Shown here piece by piece: positions 27,601 to 40,969 of a stretch of 64,000 nucleotides of DNA. The stretch's first letter is position 1. Each line of letters begins with the position of its first letter. Under the pieces are notes generated by a model. It was not told where the DNA came from. It was given only the letters and a program-made list of their open reading frames with translations, and searched no databases. The DNA comes from Daphnia carinata (Eukaryota), in the NCBI RefSeq assembly GCF_022539665.2, contig NC_081331.1, forward strand, positions 1,984,001-2,048,000, given 5' to 3'. Position numbers and translations under genes: made by a program.

Positions 27601-30029
27601 TTATTACAATAGTACAAGTTCTAATGCCAACTCCAACACTTCTGCCTGATTAAGATAAAGGTAAGTATTCCTTCCATCCCAAGTCTTCTTTATATCGATA
27701 CCGTAAACACCTTACACTGCTCTAAGTGTTACGGTAAAGTACATCGTAAAAGATCATTACAAAGAAAAGAGGCAAATTATATACCCGAAAAAAAAATTTT
27801 TTTTACGAAATGCTATGACTGTGTGGAGAACATAAGCAAGTATTCCAAATCCGCTCTGTTTAACGAATCATTCGCTTGTCTAGACGCTGTCTTCAAATAT
27901 ACAGCGTTCGCTCTGTGTGTGATAAGAGCCGAAATCAAAGCAAAGAAGGAATACCTGACGAGAGGATCGCACGCAGTGGTCGAGTCCTTATCGCGGCTCG
28001 GCAAGTTGTGAATGCGGATGAGATTGATCAGCAATTTCTCCTGCTCCGAGTCGTAACTAACGCTGAACCAGAAGCGACCGAGGTGACCTTCGGGGTAATT
28101 ATTTGTATCTTCTTCAGGAATCAGCGGACTCTTGTATAGATCCGGATTAAGAGCGCCAATGTTCGAAGTTACACCTGTAAGCAAAAGAAAGAAAAAAAAA
28201 CCAACCAGCCAATGACGACATTCGGCGTTACACATAGTTGCAATACTCTAAGGGTTATTCCTGGCCTGGTGTCGATCAATAGGCGCATGCCCTTTTATAT
28301 TCTGCTATTACTTTCTAGGAAAAAAAAAATATATATATATATGAAGAGAGCTTTCTTTGTCTGTGATGTTGCCTGCATTTTTCTATTTCATGTAGACGCA
28401 CTGTGGACGCTGCTAATGAAGCCGACGCCTTTGGCATGTTATCGACCACAACGTAGCTACGTCAACTTGTGCAATAATTGATTCTATTTTTGAAATCGCA
28501 ATAAACGTCTACGGAATATATAAAAAGGGCCTTATCTTTTACCTGATAATGTTGGAGAATTGCGGCTAGAAGTAGTCGGAGGGGACACTTCTTTTGCAGG
28601 TGACGGCGTGCGTGATCGTGCCGGGCTCGGACTTCGTTCCCGGAAGAAGTTAAAAAGCTATCGAACGTACCGCAAATGATGAATGCCAACATAACAATTG
28701 AACTGGGCAAATTATACAAGGATGTCTATCAATGTTTACCGACGGTAGCGGTGACAGACATGGTGAGTGTGCCGGCGATGGTGAATAGTTCGGTATGGGT
28801 GACGAGGGTGCCGAACAATGCAACAGGATGGAGGGCGAAAGAAGCGGAGAGGATGTGCCGTCAACCCGTCCAGGGAAGAGTAACGCAGTTGAGAAACGTC
28901 TTTGACGAACGTTGCTACCAATATGGGCGTCGCTCGGTGACAGCGATGGTCCGTTCTTTGTGGGTATATCCAGCGTCTGGTTTGCACGTCGTGATCGAGG
29001 CGGCGTCAGCGAGAAGGCTCCAGGCGGCAGGGTAAATTCAATCTCTTTCGATCTACAAGTAGGATATCGTTTACGCTGGAGTGCAGCATTGTTTTCTTTG
29101 CAAACAACTCCAAGACAACGCGGGTGGGAAACATTAGACTTCACTATTCTGCGCTGTAGAGAATGCAAATGGCTTCACGACGCATTAGTTTATTTGAAGC
29201 GACTAAAACGTGAGTGAAACATCAGTCCGAATTTTCTTTGCTGATGAGCACTGAAACTCGTAGCCTTGAAAGTAATGAGAATGGTTTAAAGGGTTTCTTT
29301 TTTTTCGCTGAGTGTTCCTTATTATCTCATTGCTGGCTTAGAAAAGGAAGATTATTATCAGCAGCTAATGAGACGGATTGTATCTTTTTTCTGCTTTCGG
29401 ACGAAACTCGTAGGGAACAATTTCTTGTTTGAGCTTTAAAAAAGAGAGAGAAAAAAGAAACAGGGACAACCTCTGTGGATCGATTGCTGATACTAGCCAG
29501 GCACTGGTACGAAAGCGTCAGCTTTTGATGTCTCGCATAATGCAAAAGAGAGGCGAAATTGATTTAAATATACCGTAGGAGGTCTTGTACGTATAAAGCA
29601 TCCAGAAAGTAGCTAAGCAGTTGGAAAAAAAAAATACTAAAAAATGGCAGAGAACAACTTGCGGAACAAATTATCTCGAACAGAGACTATCAAGATGGAA
29701 TTTCGATGTCTCCCAAAGGAAAAAGAAATTGTTTACCAAATGTGAGGACTAAAGGACCAATGAAAATTGGAAAGAAAGAAATAGCAATAAAGCGTTCTTC
29801 GAGGAAAAGCGGATTGTACGATTTGCGCAAGTTCTCGCCAACAAAAATGAACATGTTGGAATATCTATTAAACTACTCGTTGTCATTGAACACGATCATT
29901 TAAAGAATTTTTTTTTTAAGGTACTCATTCTTTTGGGAAGTTTAGCGACGAAAACTTGATAAAGTAAACTTACCCCACTGGTAGAATAACTCGTTGTTCA
30001 TACTTTTGGGTGCCCAGTGACTTGGCCAT
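21613..30029 (-). CDS. Synaptotagmin-15-like tandem C2 domain protein
   Basis: Minus-strand exons: 29974-30029 (MAKSLGTQKYEQRVILPVG; possibly extends to 30103 and upstream), 28740-29052 (SKEIEFTLPP...), ~28543-28657, ~27955-28175 (GALNPDLYK...LGRFWFSVSYD...DPLVR), ~27402-27498 (KTCNPVFNEVF), ~27070-27201, ~24307-24438 (GEMHISLCYHPSADRFTVTVLQARN), ~24103-24207, 23933-24036 (DPCYNESFHF), 23779-23845 (LGSFMFARGRGMAHW), 21613-21679 (NEMFARPREHIQLWHPLPDLN*). The C-terminal MFARG..HWNEM..P...WH-L pattern is typical of the Syt15 group. The 5' end is uncertain. Confidence 0.82.
21725..23741. mobile_element. Non-autonomous TIR element (MITE-like, TA-flanked) in the last intron of the synaptotagmin gene
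   Basis: Left end TA|CGGAACACCATTTGACCCAC (21725-21744); reverse complement of right end TA|GGGGACGCCGTTTGACCCAC (23722-23741); 16/20 match. No transposase ORF. Interior is repetitive and AT-rich. Confidence 0.6.
21900..23410. repeat. Diverged tandem repeat with ~330 bp monomers arranged as ~658 bp dimers
   Basis: Anchor GTG(A/C)TT(T/C)TC(G/A)TT...TGTATTT recurs at 21963, 22298, 22621, 22955 and 23270. Block 22298-22415 is nearly identical to 22955-23072. AAAAGTCGGGCTT recurs at ~22045, ~22702 and ~23351. Confidence 0.85.
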
Positions 30030-30980
30030 GGTTTTCCAATGTGTTAAGCTTCGATGACTGTTGTGTTTTTCTTTTCTTTTTCTGTAAGTGTTAGATACTC
30101 CAGCTGTGAGCCAAAGACAAAAAAACGGAAGGGAACGAAAGCAAAGCCGATGGGCAACGCTGACAAGTAACTACACACCTCAACCTGGAGGATAGGGGAT
30201 TTTGTTTTCTCCAGTGCCGACGACAACGGTCGCCTTTTTCTTTTCATTTTAGTTACCCCTGGCCGTTCTACCTGCAAAACCGAGACATGCGCACACCGTG
30301 CCACCTGTTTGCAAGTCTTACCTCGTCTGGGGTTGCCTTGGTGAGCAGTGATCGCAGACCCCGTAACCCATCGATGCTCATTTGGCCTTATTTGGTTAAC
30401 TGTAGACCTTGAAACCCCACAACATCGTTCCATGCCTATCTTTCATTACTTATTAGCACTAATTCGTTAGCATATCCTTACCTTTTACTCCCTGGGTTTG
30501 CAGAATCAATCTTGTCAAGTTTACTATTCTGAAATTGGTTGTTGAACTACCGTGTTCTCTTGTCGACAGATGATGCGGAAACAGTCGGCAGGTTTACAAC
30601 GTTGCTCTCCGTGTTCGATAATGCGTCGTAGAAGTCCTAAAAAAAAAGATGGCTGAGAAAATAAACGGAAACTCCCAGCTTTGTTTAACCTTTGTACAAG
30701 TTTTCCTATACGATCGACAAAGAGAATCGCGAATCTTGGCAATATTCAAAACAACGATTTAAATTTCACTTTCGATCCTGATGAAATCGGATAATCCGGT
30801 GTCCAGCGATGCATAGAATATCTCGCAACGTCGAAATTTTCCGCCAATTTGCACTAGCAATTTGCACCATGTATACACGGTGGCGTACGAAGGGAACCCA
30901 AGTGACATAACATCATTAATTTATAAGAGAAGTCATCCAATTACACGGCTGAAGAAAACAGAGGCCACTGTCAAGTCTCA

Positions 30981-33900
30981 TCACAAGCGACAGCATTTTT
31001 TGGCTTTGTCTTTCGGCACGGCATTCGCCGTCTCCGCCTCCATCGATTCCGCTTCCAACACTATCTTTTCAATGGCGACTTTCTCTCGCACTTGTAGCTT
31101 GGCTGCCATAGCGACGATCGACTGCTGGATCATGTAGCCCGTTTTGGCGCTCGTCTCGAAAAAGTCCAATCCCATAGTCTGTTTCCATTCGCCATAAAAT
31201 TGCAGAGGCAAAAGAAAAAAAAAGGGGAAAAGAAAAAATCGAATTATTTTATTTCCTATTCGAATGGCCAATATGATTCGCTTTCTCAGCTTAACGTCAT
31301 ATAACGTGCGTTGTCCTCTATGCATCATAAAATCGAGCAAATGGATGATTTGACAGCGATTGACGTCAACAACCTACCTGGGTAACGGCACGTTTTGACG
31401 ATCTTTCGCCACGTTTTTCACTGGTTGCATTTCGTTTCTGAGTGGGTTCAGTTGGCTCTTTTGTTTATCTGTTTTTTTTTAGTTATCAAGCGTGAAGTGG
31501 TATCGACTAGCAACCGAAAATCGTCAGCATGTAAGGGTTCTTGACGTCAACAGTGACGCTAGTATGCAAATCCAGCGACACACGACGAAAAGCAGCGATG
31601 GCAAAAGGTGACATATCACCTTGATTATTGTCTAGTTCGCCAATGGCACTCGTCACCGCAGCGACCCTAATTGACACTGATGAACTTTAAATCATCATTT
31701 GATTACCCAGTTGGACGCCGCATAGCGTGTGGCGTAACTTTGATTGCTTACGTTAGCAACAAGAACTAAAACATCAGGTCGAAACAATACGATCTCTAGA
31801 ATTACGTAAGGATAGAAACATAGAAACTTTCCAAATCGAGAATTTCCCTATCAGATAGAAGTATCCCTTTCGGAACCCACTGCTAAAGAAGTTGCGTTCC
31901 ATTCGATTCGTGTACGATATTGCGACAAATCGAGATCGATCCAACAGCTCGTGATACCCGTTTTTCTATTCACACTGTCCGCTTGTAGGATGAAAACTCG
32001 TTGCAATGGTTATAGAACAAACAAACGAACAAAAGAAAAAGCCGAGAAAGGTTCTTTTTCTCTTGCTCACAGATTAATGGCAAGCAGTGTTGACAGCACT
32101 CATATATGAGTCACACAAGAGGCCTGTGTCTTGGTAAATAACTTCTATAAGTCAGCAAAGAAGTGGGAAAACGTTGAAAGCCAATTTTGCGAAGTGAAAG
32201 CACTTCATATCCGACTCGATCGGGTTTTATATACCCCACTATATTCCAAGTAGACGCATTGTGATAAGCTCCGAAGAGCCTACCGCAAAACGACTTCCTG
32301 CAGATATCAATATTCTTAATTTTCCGAGTTGCGGTGCGCAGTAATTTGGCTTTACACGCTGAATAATTACTAATCAAAGCTTCAGTAGAGGAGAGATAAC
32401 TAAAGCGTGATTAAGAAGTTTGAATGTACAGTACTTGGGCAAGCTTCATGGCGTCCGATGTTAATACGCGTTGCGGATGCCGGGTTAGTGTGACGGTCAA
32501 TTGTTCACCTTCGTTGCCTGTCGATTCTTGCTCTGAGTCCTCTTCCTGCTGTTCTAGTAGATCCCGTTTGTTTCCAACCAACAAACAAACGACGTCGTCA
32601 CCTACCACTTCCTGCAAAGCAACAAAACGAATGAGTAATTTGAAAATCGCCCCAAAGAGCGTGGGAGAAGTCGGCAGCCGTTGGTAGTGTAAATCCTCAT
32701 CAATTTGGTTTTCTGTTCAGCTCATATAATCTTCACATTCCTCGCCTGGCAACGACATATTAACCCTTGCTGAACTTTGAAACAAAGCATAATCCATACG
32801 GAAATAAAGCAATGCATCGCTTACTTTAACGCAGTCGATCCAGTAGCGAACATGGACGAATGTCATCTCAGACGTAACATCGTACATGATAAGAACGCCA
32901 TCAGCTTTACGTACATACTGCCGACTAATGCTGCGATATTTCTCTTGTCCTAGAAAAACAGAAAAAAAACAAAAACAAAGAAGGATGGAATCAATTTTCG
33001 ACGACCAAACTTTTATTTTTGTACTCGAACGTGTATACGATCGAGAATCAGTATCATGATTTAACTGTTGCGTTTGCCTGCAGTGTCCCAGAACTGGAGT
33101 GCGCAGTACTGGTTGTCGTCTCCGACCGGCAAGCAACGGATGCTCAAATCGATCCCGACGGTGGCCGATCGTGATCCGACGTAGTCATCACAACAGAACC
33201 TGTCCAAAGTAACAAGAGATATCATGTTTCACCATCAAGGGAGTTGTTTTTTTGGCATTCGAATTGCTTAGTTGATAACGCTCAATACACAATAAGGCAA
33301 ATTTCCTGTAACCATTGATTGATACTATTTTCGACCTCTTTCTTAGCCAACTTCTTTCGTGCGCACAACGTTATCAACTATAAGGCTTTTATAAATGGCC
33401 CAAAATAGACATGGTAAGATAATGGAGTTTGCCCTTTGCTACCAAATTGGGTCTGTCTCGAGACGACTGCACAAACCCGGAGATGGCTGATTTATAATTG
33501 AACGAAAGGGGAAGCAAGAAAAAATGATAATGTCCACCTTTAAACTACCATCGTATTGAAGTAGATTTGAAATCTATTCCAATGGAAAGGTGAGCACATT
33601 CAAGAATATGAGGACACCTCACCGGACATGAATGTGATCGCAACTTCACGCTTAAGCTTTGCTTGGATTCACGCTCATAAATAAAACAATCATACAAACA
33701 CCCGTAGGGTGCATTCTGTTTCGATACCCTTTGAAATTTTCCTCAGTCGAATAGAAACGGAAAAATAGGACTCGTGTTCCTTTACACTCGATAAACGTCA
33801 TCGGAGGAAAATGCATTAATGATGGACGTACGTACACTTGTACAATCGTCACGACAAGGTCAATAGATTTGCTCCCATCAAGTGCAAAGTATAAGATACC

Positions 33901-36900
33901 GTGGAAATATCACCATGTTGTCTGTACCTGCGAATAAACGAAGTTTTCCCAACACCACTTTCTCCTAAGACGATAATCTTGAAGACGGCTGACGGAGTAA
34001 TAGGTTCACTATATAAAAAAAAATCAATGAGATGCAAAAATGAAAAAAAAAGCATTTAATTAAAAATGGTTAACGTAGGTAATCTAGTATTGGAGCAACG
34101 ACGACGTTCTACGGTTTTCGAAAAGGTGTACTTGAAAAGGTACAGGCTTTTGCTGTTCACAAGGAACTTAGTTGAATAACAAAAACAAATTGTGCATACA
34201 AAATCCCTTTTCGATGGTATTTTTTTGACGGCTCTTCTAAAGTAAACATGCAGTTTCCAACATATAGAATAAAAAGCAGCCTAGTATACGTATAAATACA
34301 TCTACATTTGGCCAGCTGATGCTGAGAATTCTCAAAAAGCTTCTACCTTACCTCTTTCGCAATTGAACCCGGTTAATCCATTGACCGTTGTGATATCCGA
34401 TTAGCGAGTCCGCGTAAGGGATGGAGCCGTTTGGGAACTGAAAATATGGCAAACTAGTTTCAACTGTGCAAATGCTATTGAAGTCCATTCGGCTGGAAGG
34501 CGGATACACGTTAGTCGACCACGTGACACTGTGCTTAGGTTCTCCGCGTAAAGAGGTCGACAAACATTCTTCTGGAAGATCAACAAACAAGTTGTCCAAT
34601 GTTTCTTGTTGTGGACTTCCCCCGAACTTGTCCTCTCCATTTACCCGAGCAGAACGCTGAATAGGGCACGATCCTTCTAATGACGGGCAAACGAAGCCAT
34701 TCGTTTCAGGGTAACCGCTGGACGTGCATCTCAGGAGACTGTCTTCCGGCCCACCGATTAGATTATTTTCCGCTGCATTTAACGAAGATTGAGAATCGAA
34801 ATTCAGTGCACTGGTCAGCTCATCAAACAAGCTGGTTTTCTTCATCTTTTGTGATTGGCTATCCTGTCGAAACATACAGCGCAATGAGTATAATTTTCTG
34901 TGAACATGTTTGTCATTCAACAATGTATAGGCAAACAAAAATCTATTTATCTATCACGCTTTCGCTACAGAACTTCTTATTGAATTTCTTCACTTGCAGA
35001 CGCTTTCAGGATTTTAAAAAAGAAATGGGCTGCGTCGGATAAAAGGCGGTTTCTTGTTCAGCGAGCGCCCGTTTCTCTGCACACGATGAATTAGTTGCGA
35101 TGGCAACTTCTTATGAAAAAAAAAGCGTCCAATTACAAAATTGGTGGCACACGCATTGGCGAATCTAGCATAACGACAACATTTCTCAATTGATTTTCTC
35201 GAGCGTGGCGAACTGTTGCATCGTTCCTTGAATCCACCTGCCACTTACAAAAATCGAAAAGCGGGCATCCCAAACACTGGGGAATTGTTGCACCTGTTGC
35301 TACAGGCAACGCCAAGTTGAAAATCCAAAAGAACTCTCGAACCAAACCAAATCTTGGAAGCCCGAATAAATTTTGTACATACGTAGCTAAGACTCGACCC
35401 ATAGACTCGACCCACTTTCTTTTTAACAAAAAGCGTATCTCTCGCCTGTATTTGGTTAGCGCCCCGCCTTCAATGCCAATCACGCAAACATGCCGAAAGG
35501 TGAACGACTGCTAACACGCGATTTTATGCAGCTAATCTTCAATGCTGGCAAAGAACACACATCCATTGAATTGAGAATTTCAAAAGAAAAACGCTTCGCC
35601 ATCATTTGAGAGACTACGTTTAGCTAATTTCACTTACCAGGTAAACGGTTAACACAAAACGTCAGGCTAAGCAATACGACCTCTTCAAAAACATGCAAAT
35701 ATTGTTTACGGATAGCGTGTTTATAAAAACGTGATGCTCACCGTGATGTCGGGATCCTTGCGCAACGGTAAATCGAACACAATATCGATGTTGTCAGCAT
35801 GTTCGAATTCCTCATCGAAAAGCCTGGAGTAGAAGTGGAGATGGTTGTCGGAGTTCAATGCTGCGGCCTCTTCGATTTCTCTGGCGATGCTGGCAGGTTC
35901 GTCGTTATTGTCAATGCTGCCATTCCCGTAATCACGCAGGTCATTTTCATCCGTCAATCGAGTGTTTATTGTACGAAGCAAAGACAATTGTTCGACCAGT
36001 CCTTCAATAAAACGAAAGAAACGGTAGACATCATTCAGCAAAGCTCGTTATGAAGCACGGGGTCCATCCGAAAATACTAAATAAATGAGACAATGGAAGA
36101 CGCACAACGTTCGCACAATTATCTCGTTGAATGGGCGAATGTCGCGGTCATTCGTGCAATGATCAATACAGAACGATTTCAACCTGCGCAACTAGCCCAG
36201 TTCGATAGATTCTTTAATAATTGGGTTGTGCCATTAGGCTGACATTCATTTTTTTTTTTTTTTTTTTTTTTTTTGCATCGGCTTGTTTTGTAGGCGCGGA
36301 TAGACTGCGCAAGGAGGAAATCGATATGAAACTCTCTATTAAAGTAAAAAAAAAAAAAAAAAGAAAGAAAGCGAACAAAGCGGGACGATAGCGTAAGGGC
36401 AGACCTTCACGCTCAACGGCGATGTTTTCCGCGACTTGTAGAGCTGACATGGCCCTCTGCCGTCGTTCACTGATACTCTCCCGTCGCATCTTCTCAAGAG
36501 CCGCCCGTAATTCCTCGGCGTTTCTTGTCTGAATTTCTAATTGGGTTTCCAGAGATCTCTATGAGATACACACAAAGACTTCTAAAGGCCATTGACAGTG
36601 ATGATGTTACACTAAACATATCTAGTTCGTCTCATTTCAGAGAAACTGAAGCGGCTATAAATCGTCGATTGACGGAGTTGAATTTTTTTTGCGCACCGTA
36701 CCTTCTCTTTGGTTAGCAGTGCTAGATCGTGCTTATTGGCGGCTTCGTTCTCCTGCAGACGGCTGAGTGCCTCTTGTAATTCTTTTTCCCGTGTTTGTAG
36801 TTGCGTCAGCAGAAAATCTTTTTTGGTAATTTCTTCTCGCATGTCACTCTTTAATTGTGACTCTTTCATCCTTTCCTGCGCAATAAGAGAGAAAAACAAA

Positions 36901-38308
36901 TACAGAAAAATTGGCGTGACGCGATCTCACGTTCCAGACCCCTAGTGCCAGTGGTTGCTGGTGGTTTCAGTTTTTATTCACGCACCATTCGAATGACAAG
37001 TTCCTTCTCCTCTTCAATTTGCCGCTCCATTTCCTCGTAAAGGCGTTTCAGCTGTCAAAAAAAAGAAAAAAGAAAAAAGATTTGGCAAATGTCGTACCAA
37101 ATTAGGTTTCTTTCATCACTTTGCAATAGGATAACATTTCAAGATTCAAAATTCAACTGACTTCTTCCTCGCGGGTCTCCTGCTGGTTTCTGATAAACAC
37201 CTCCATGTTTAGTTTTTCCTTTTCCTTGGTGTGGATGCTGTCAGAGATGCTGGATAGAAATTTTTCAAATTCAATGCCAGCGTCTGGCGCGTCTTGGCGG
37301 AAATGGTCCCACAGCAACTTGACAGACTTTTCGCTTTAATAAAACAACATTTAAAAAACGAGTGTGCATTATTCAGCGAACATTTGGCCAGAAGAACTCA
37401 CTCTTCAAAAACGGTCGGACCACCAAGTCCGTCTAACAGTTGCATAAAGTTTTCATCGTCTTCACGTTCATCACCGTCTGAAGTTCTAATCGTCACTTCT
37501 TGGGTATTCGTATCTATTGCCTCAACCTCGGGTGGGTCGTTTTCTATGTAAATTCCTGCAAGTTTTAATAAGTATTACATTCATTACCTTTTATCTTCGT
37601 AGATTCGCAAACGTTATGATCTAAGGTTACAATGTAAATTTACCGAATCCGTGAATAAATTCGTCGAAAGTGAGAAATCCATTTCCGTCAGCATCTAGCG
37701 AGTCAAATACTAATTCCAGCTGCTCCGGATCTAACGGCATTTCGGCCTGCATCCTCTAAAAAAGTTTAATTGACAGAAATTCTTTATCCATTTGTTTGTT
37801 TGTTTTCCCAATTCTGGAAGAAGAAATCAAAATCAGTTTATGGGTAATTTGCGGATAAATCAAATGCTATTACTCTCACAGCAATAAGGACGCAACAATT
37901 TTGCAATAGGTAAGACATAAAACAGAGCTTTTTGAGGTTTCTACTGCTCATTTGAGATTTTAAAATAATGAATTCTTTACAGTGTCTGCAATCGCTTCAA
38001 CCCGATAAACTAGATTCAGCTGTGCGAGATTTTTATTACGAGATTACCAACACATTTTCAAACTGCCATGAATTGCTGGAAATTGTCAGTTCTATTTTTA
38101 GCGAATTCCTTACTACCTTTGGTCCACATTGATTACGATCTAGATTACCATCAGCAGTTGTTTATAAGAAGTGGATAAACTGTATGGCGTGCAAACATAT
38201 ATTTAAGACCTGCATGTCTCGCTTCGTCACGAAGCCTTTCTCTTCCTTGTCGCAAATAGCGAAAAGATGCTGAGCTCGTATTCGCAAATCGGTCGTTTCG
38301 CCTGCCAT
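30981..38308 (-). CDS. EF-hand, coiled-coil and Rab GTPase domain protein (CRACR2A/Rab46-RASEF/Rab45 large-Rab family)
   Basis: N-terminus [33 protein letters not shown] (38210-38308); EF-hand [23 protein letters not shown] (37643-37756); coiled-coil exons at 36.4-37.3 kb; Rab motifs GESGVGKTS (G1), ATVGID, WDTAGQEKY (G3), GNKRD (G4), ETSAKTG (G5); C-terminal KKCCRL* prenylation motif. Middle exons at 34.0-35.7 kb are not fully resolved. Confidence 0.88.
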
Positions 38309-40019
38309 TTCCTGGTTTTCCACGACAAACGTTTCGATGACCCAGACAATTCTAGCAGAGATAAATATGAATTCCAGCGATAGTCAACTGCATTCACGTA
38401 CTACAATTAGCCAACAACTGAAAACAGTTTAGGACACATTCCTTGTTTCTAGCTCTAGGGAGGACTAGGTTCTGTCATTTACAGAGTGCTAGGTCTCGAT
38501 GTAACACCTGCCACAACTGGTGTTTACTTTCACGTTTCCTCATATGCATTCACGTACTACGTTATTCTGTATTCTATTCTCACGTGCGTGTAAGGTCGGC
38601 ATGTTTAGGGAGCCTGCACCTGTGTCAATCCTGGGGCCACGCACTCCCGAATTCCAAAGCGAACGAGACTGTTGAAAACTGGTTCCAATACGAGACTATG
38701 GGATTTAAACAAAAAAGAAAACTGATTTATTTTTTCTTAGACGTTTGTCACAGTTAACCACGTCTGACTACAACGGACAGATATGGGATACACGTGATTG
38801 ACGTTTACATTTCCACTCCCGACGCTGAACTACGATCTCACCCTGTACATGCATACATCTCACAAATAATTACAAAAACAAGACGTACATTACCTTCTAG
38901 TGTCCGTACTCCTTAAAGCAAGAACTGGTATTTTATCTGTCCTTGACGGCAGAAAACTAGTGTAATCCAACTTGGGACATTTTGTAAGGCAATTAATAGC
39001 AATTAACGCTGACGCTAATGGCAATTGGTGATTCTGCATTGCAATTTCATATTTAACTGAAAAAAAAAAGAAATTCTTTATTCAAGAACTGGATTAGGCG
39101 AAAGTTTTCGCTCGACAAAAAAAATGCAAATGACATCCATCTGCAACGCACTGACAGTGAACGAATATAAGAGACGGGAAAAAATAAATGAAGCCCAATC
39201 GTCTAGCAGCACCGAACTCTGACTATAAAGGCTATTTTGTAAGTCTAGCAAAGGATACTCTTCCTTAAAGGTTGAAAGTTTGCTTTCGCAGAGAGACAGG
39301 GTAAGAAAAACAAAAGTAGTTAAAATCATGGGGCGTGATGGAGGGACGGGGACAAAATATATGCAAACTGTTTTTTTCAGGGAAAGGTGAAACATATTCA
39401 AGGGTAACAACTTTCTAGAAAGGTAAGAAAAAAGGGAGGTGGGGTACGAAAAACAAATCGTGCAATAGATCTATATCACCGAAAAGAAACCGCGAAATTA
39501 GGAACAAAATTATACAGCCGATTAGAATGAATAACCATGACAAGAATATTCAGCGATTTCCAAATGAGTTTCTAGAAATACAACGTCTATCAACCCACAT
39601 TTGAGCTAGTGGGCCTTTATGCATTCGAATTAAAATGCATAACACAAATTCTGGGGGGGGGGGGGGTGAGGGGTACATTTTGTATACGCCATTTCAACTA
39701 GGCTCACACGGGGAAATCCCATTCTCCTGTGTATAACGGGAATCGCTACCACAGACACGGAAAAAAAATTGTTGGCTGTGGCTTTTCTGGTTTTATTTAC
39801 CAATTTTCCTAACGGAACCGTTTACTCCGTTTTCTCCAGAAACTCAAGAAAACAAGATGTTATCAACAATATATTTGGTGTAAGAAGTAATTATCCAGTC
39901 GTTAAGTTTGAAGCCAAAAAGACATTCACACCGGAGGAAATCAAATTAGCCGCGTAGTTGTATTCTATTTCTCTAGTGAGACGTATAAAAGCGCTATAGC
40001 ATCGTTCGAATTTACAATT

Positions 40020-40969
40020 TCATGAAAGCTTTTTTTCTGTAGGGTCAGAACTGTACTCGAAATTCGATCCCAGGCTAGCATTTTTTGCGTATGCCTTGGA
40101 ATGGAAATTCTTGAAGAGACTGAGAAATAAAAGCGCTTGCACTACTGACCATAGCGAAAATGCTGTTGGAAAGTTACACTCGACAAACAATAATTGCAAG
40201 CTGTGAAACCCTACGCAGACAAATTGAACCATCTGAAATATAGTCACGTATTTCTTCCACCACAGGTACTTTTGAAATCTGGGACCCATGGCTGCCATCA
40301 GATAATAGAAATACATGACAACGTGAACCAAACTATTGAGGGTGACGAAAAAGCAACAATGACCTCCAACGATGAAGCGGAAACAAATCCAAACACTCAA
40401 TGGCATAACGCTATGATGCAATACATGGAGGAAAGAGATTTGCTTGTTCTTTTTGCGCATTATGAAAAAGATGGTATCAAGAAAATCAATAATCTTCGAG
40501 ATGTAAAAGCAGTAGCCTATCAAAACTAACTGGAGGGCATCCTCGTTGTTGGAGTAATCGACTGGCTGGCAAACCAAACTGTAACCGTTGAACCAAGTCA
40601 GATGGCAAATCTTGCAGAAAATCCAACCGTTGAAAGCTATTTGGAATGTATTGTAAAAGAAAAGTGTGCTTCGTAATTCGAAAGGTTTCCTATTTTCCAT
40701 AAGCTTCGGTCCAAATGTTTTCACCATAAGAAGGTAAGCTAAGGAAACGACGATGGGCGTTAATGGAGAATCTGCCAAGATCCATCCATCTGTACGCCTA
40801 TCTGCCAATATGAAAGAAATACTTTAACTGGTCAGGGTAAACGCTGAAATTGTTTTTAATTGAACGTTTACACAAGATGCCTAATAACTGGATTGAAATG
40901 ATAATCTATACCTCTTTGTTCCCATATCCTGTTTCCTTCTTGGATGATGATTTGCGCAACGGAGCCCAT
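40020..40969 (-). CDS. Elongation of very long chain fatty acids protein (ELOVL1/7-like), copy A
   Basis: Exons 40912-40969 and 40020-40801; KIIDFLDT, LHVLHH, NSLVHVVMYFYY, KYLWWKK, TIFQMVQF; ends KKLS. Confidence 0.95.
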
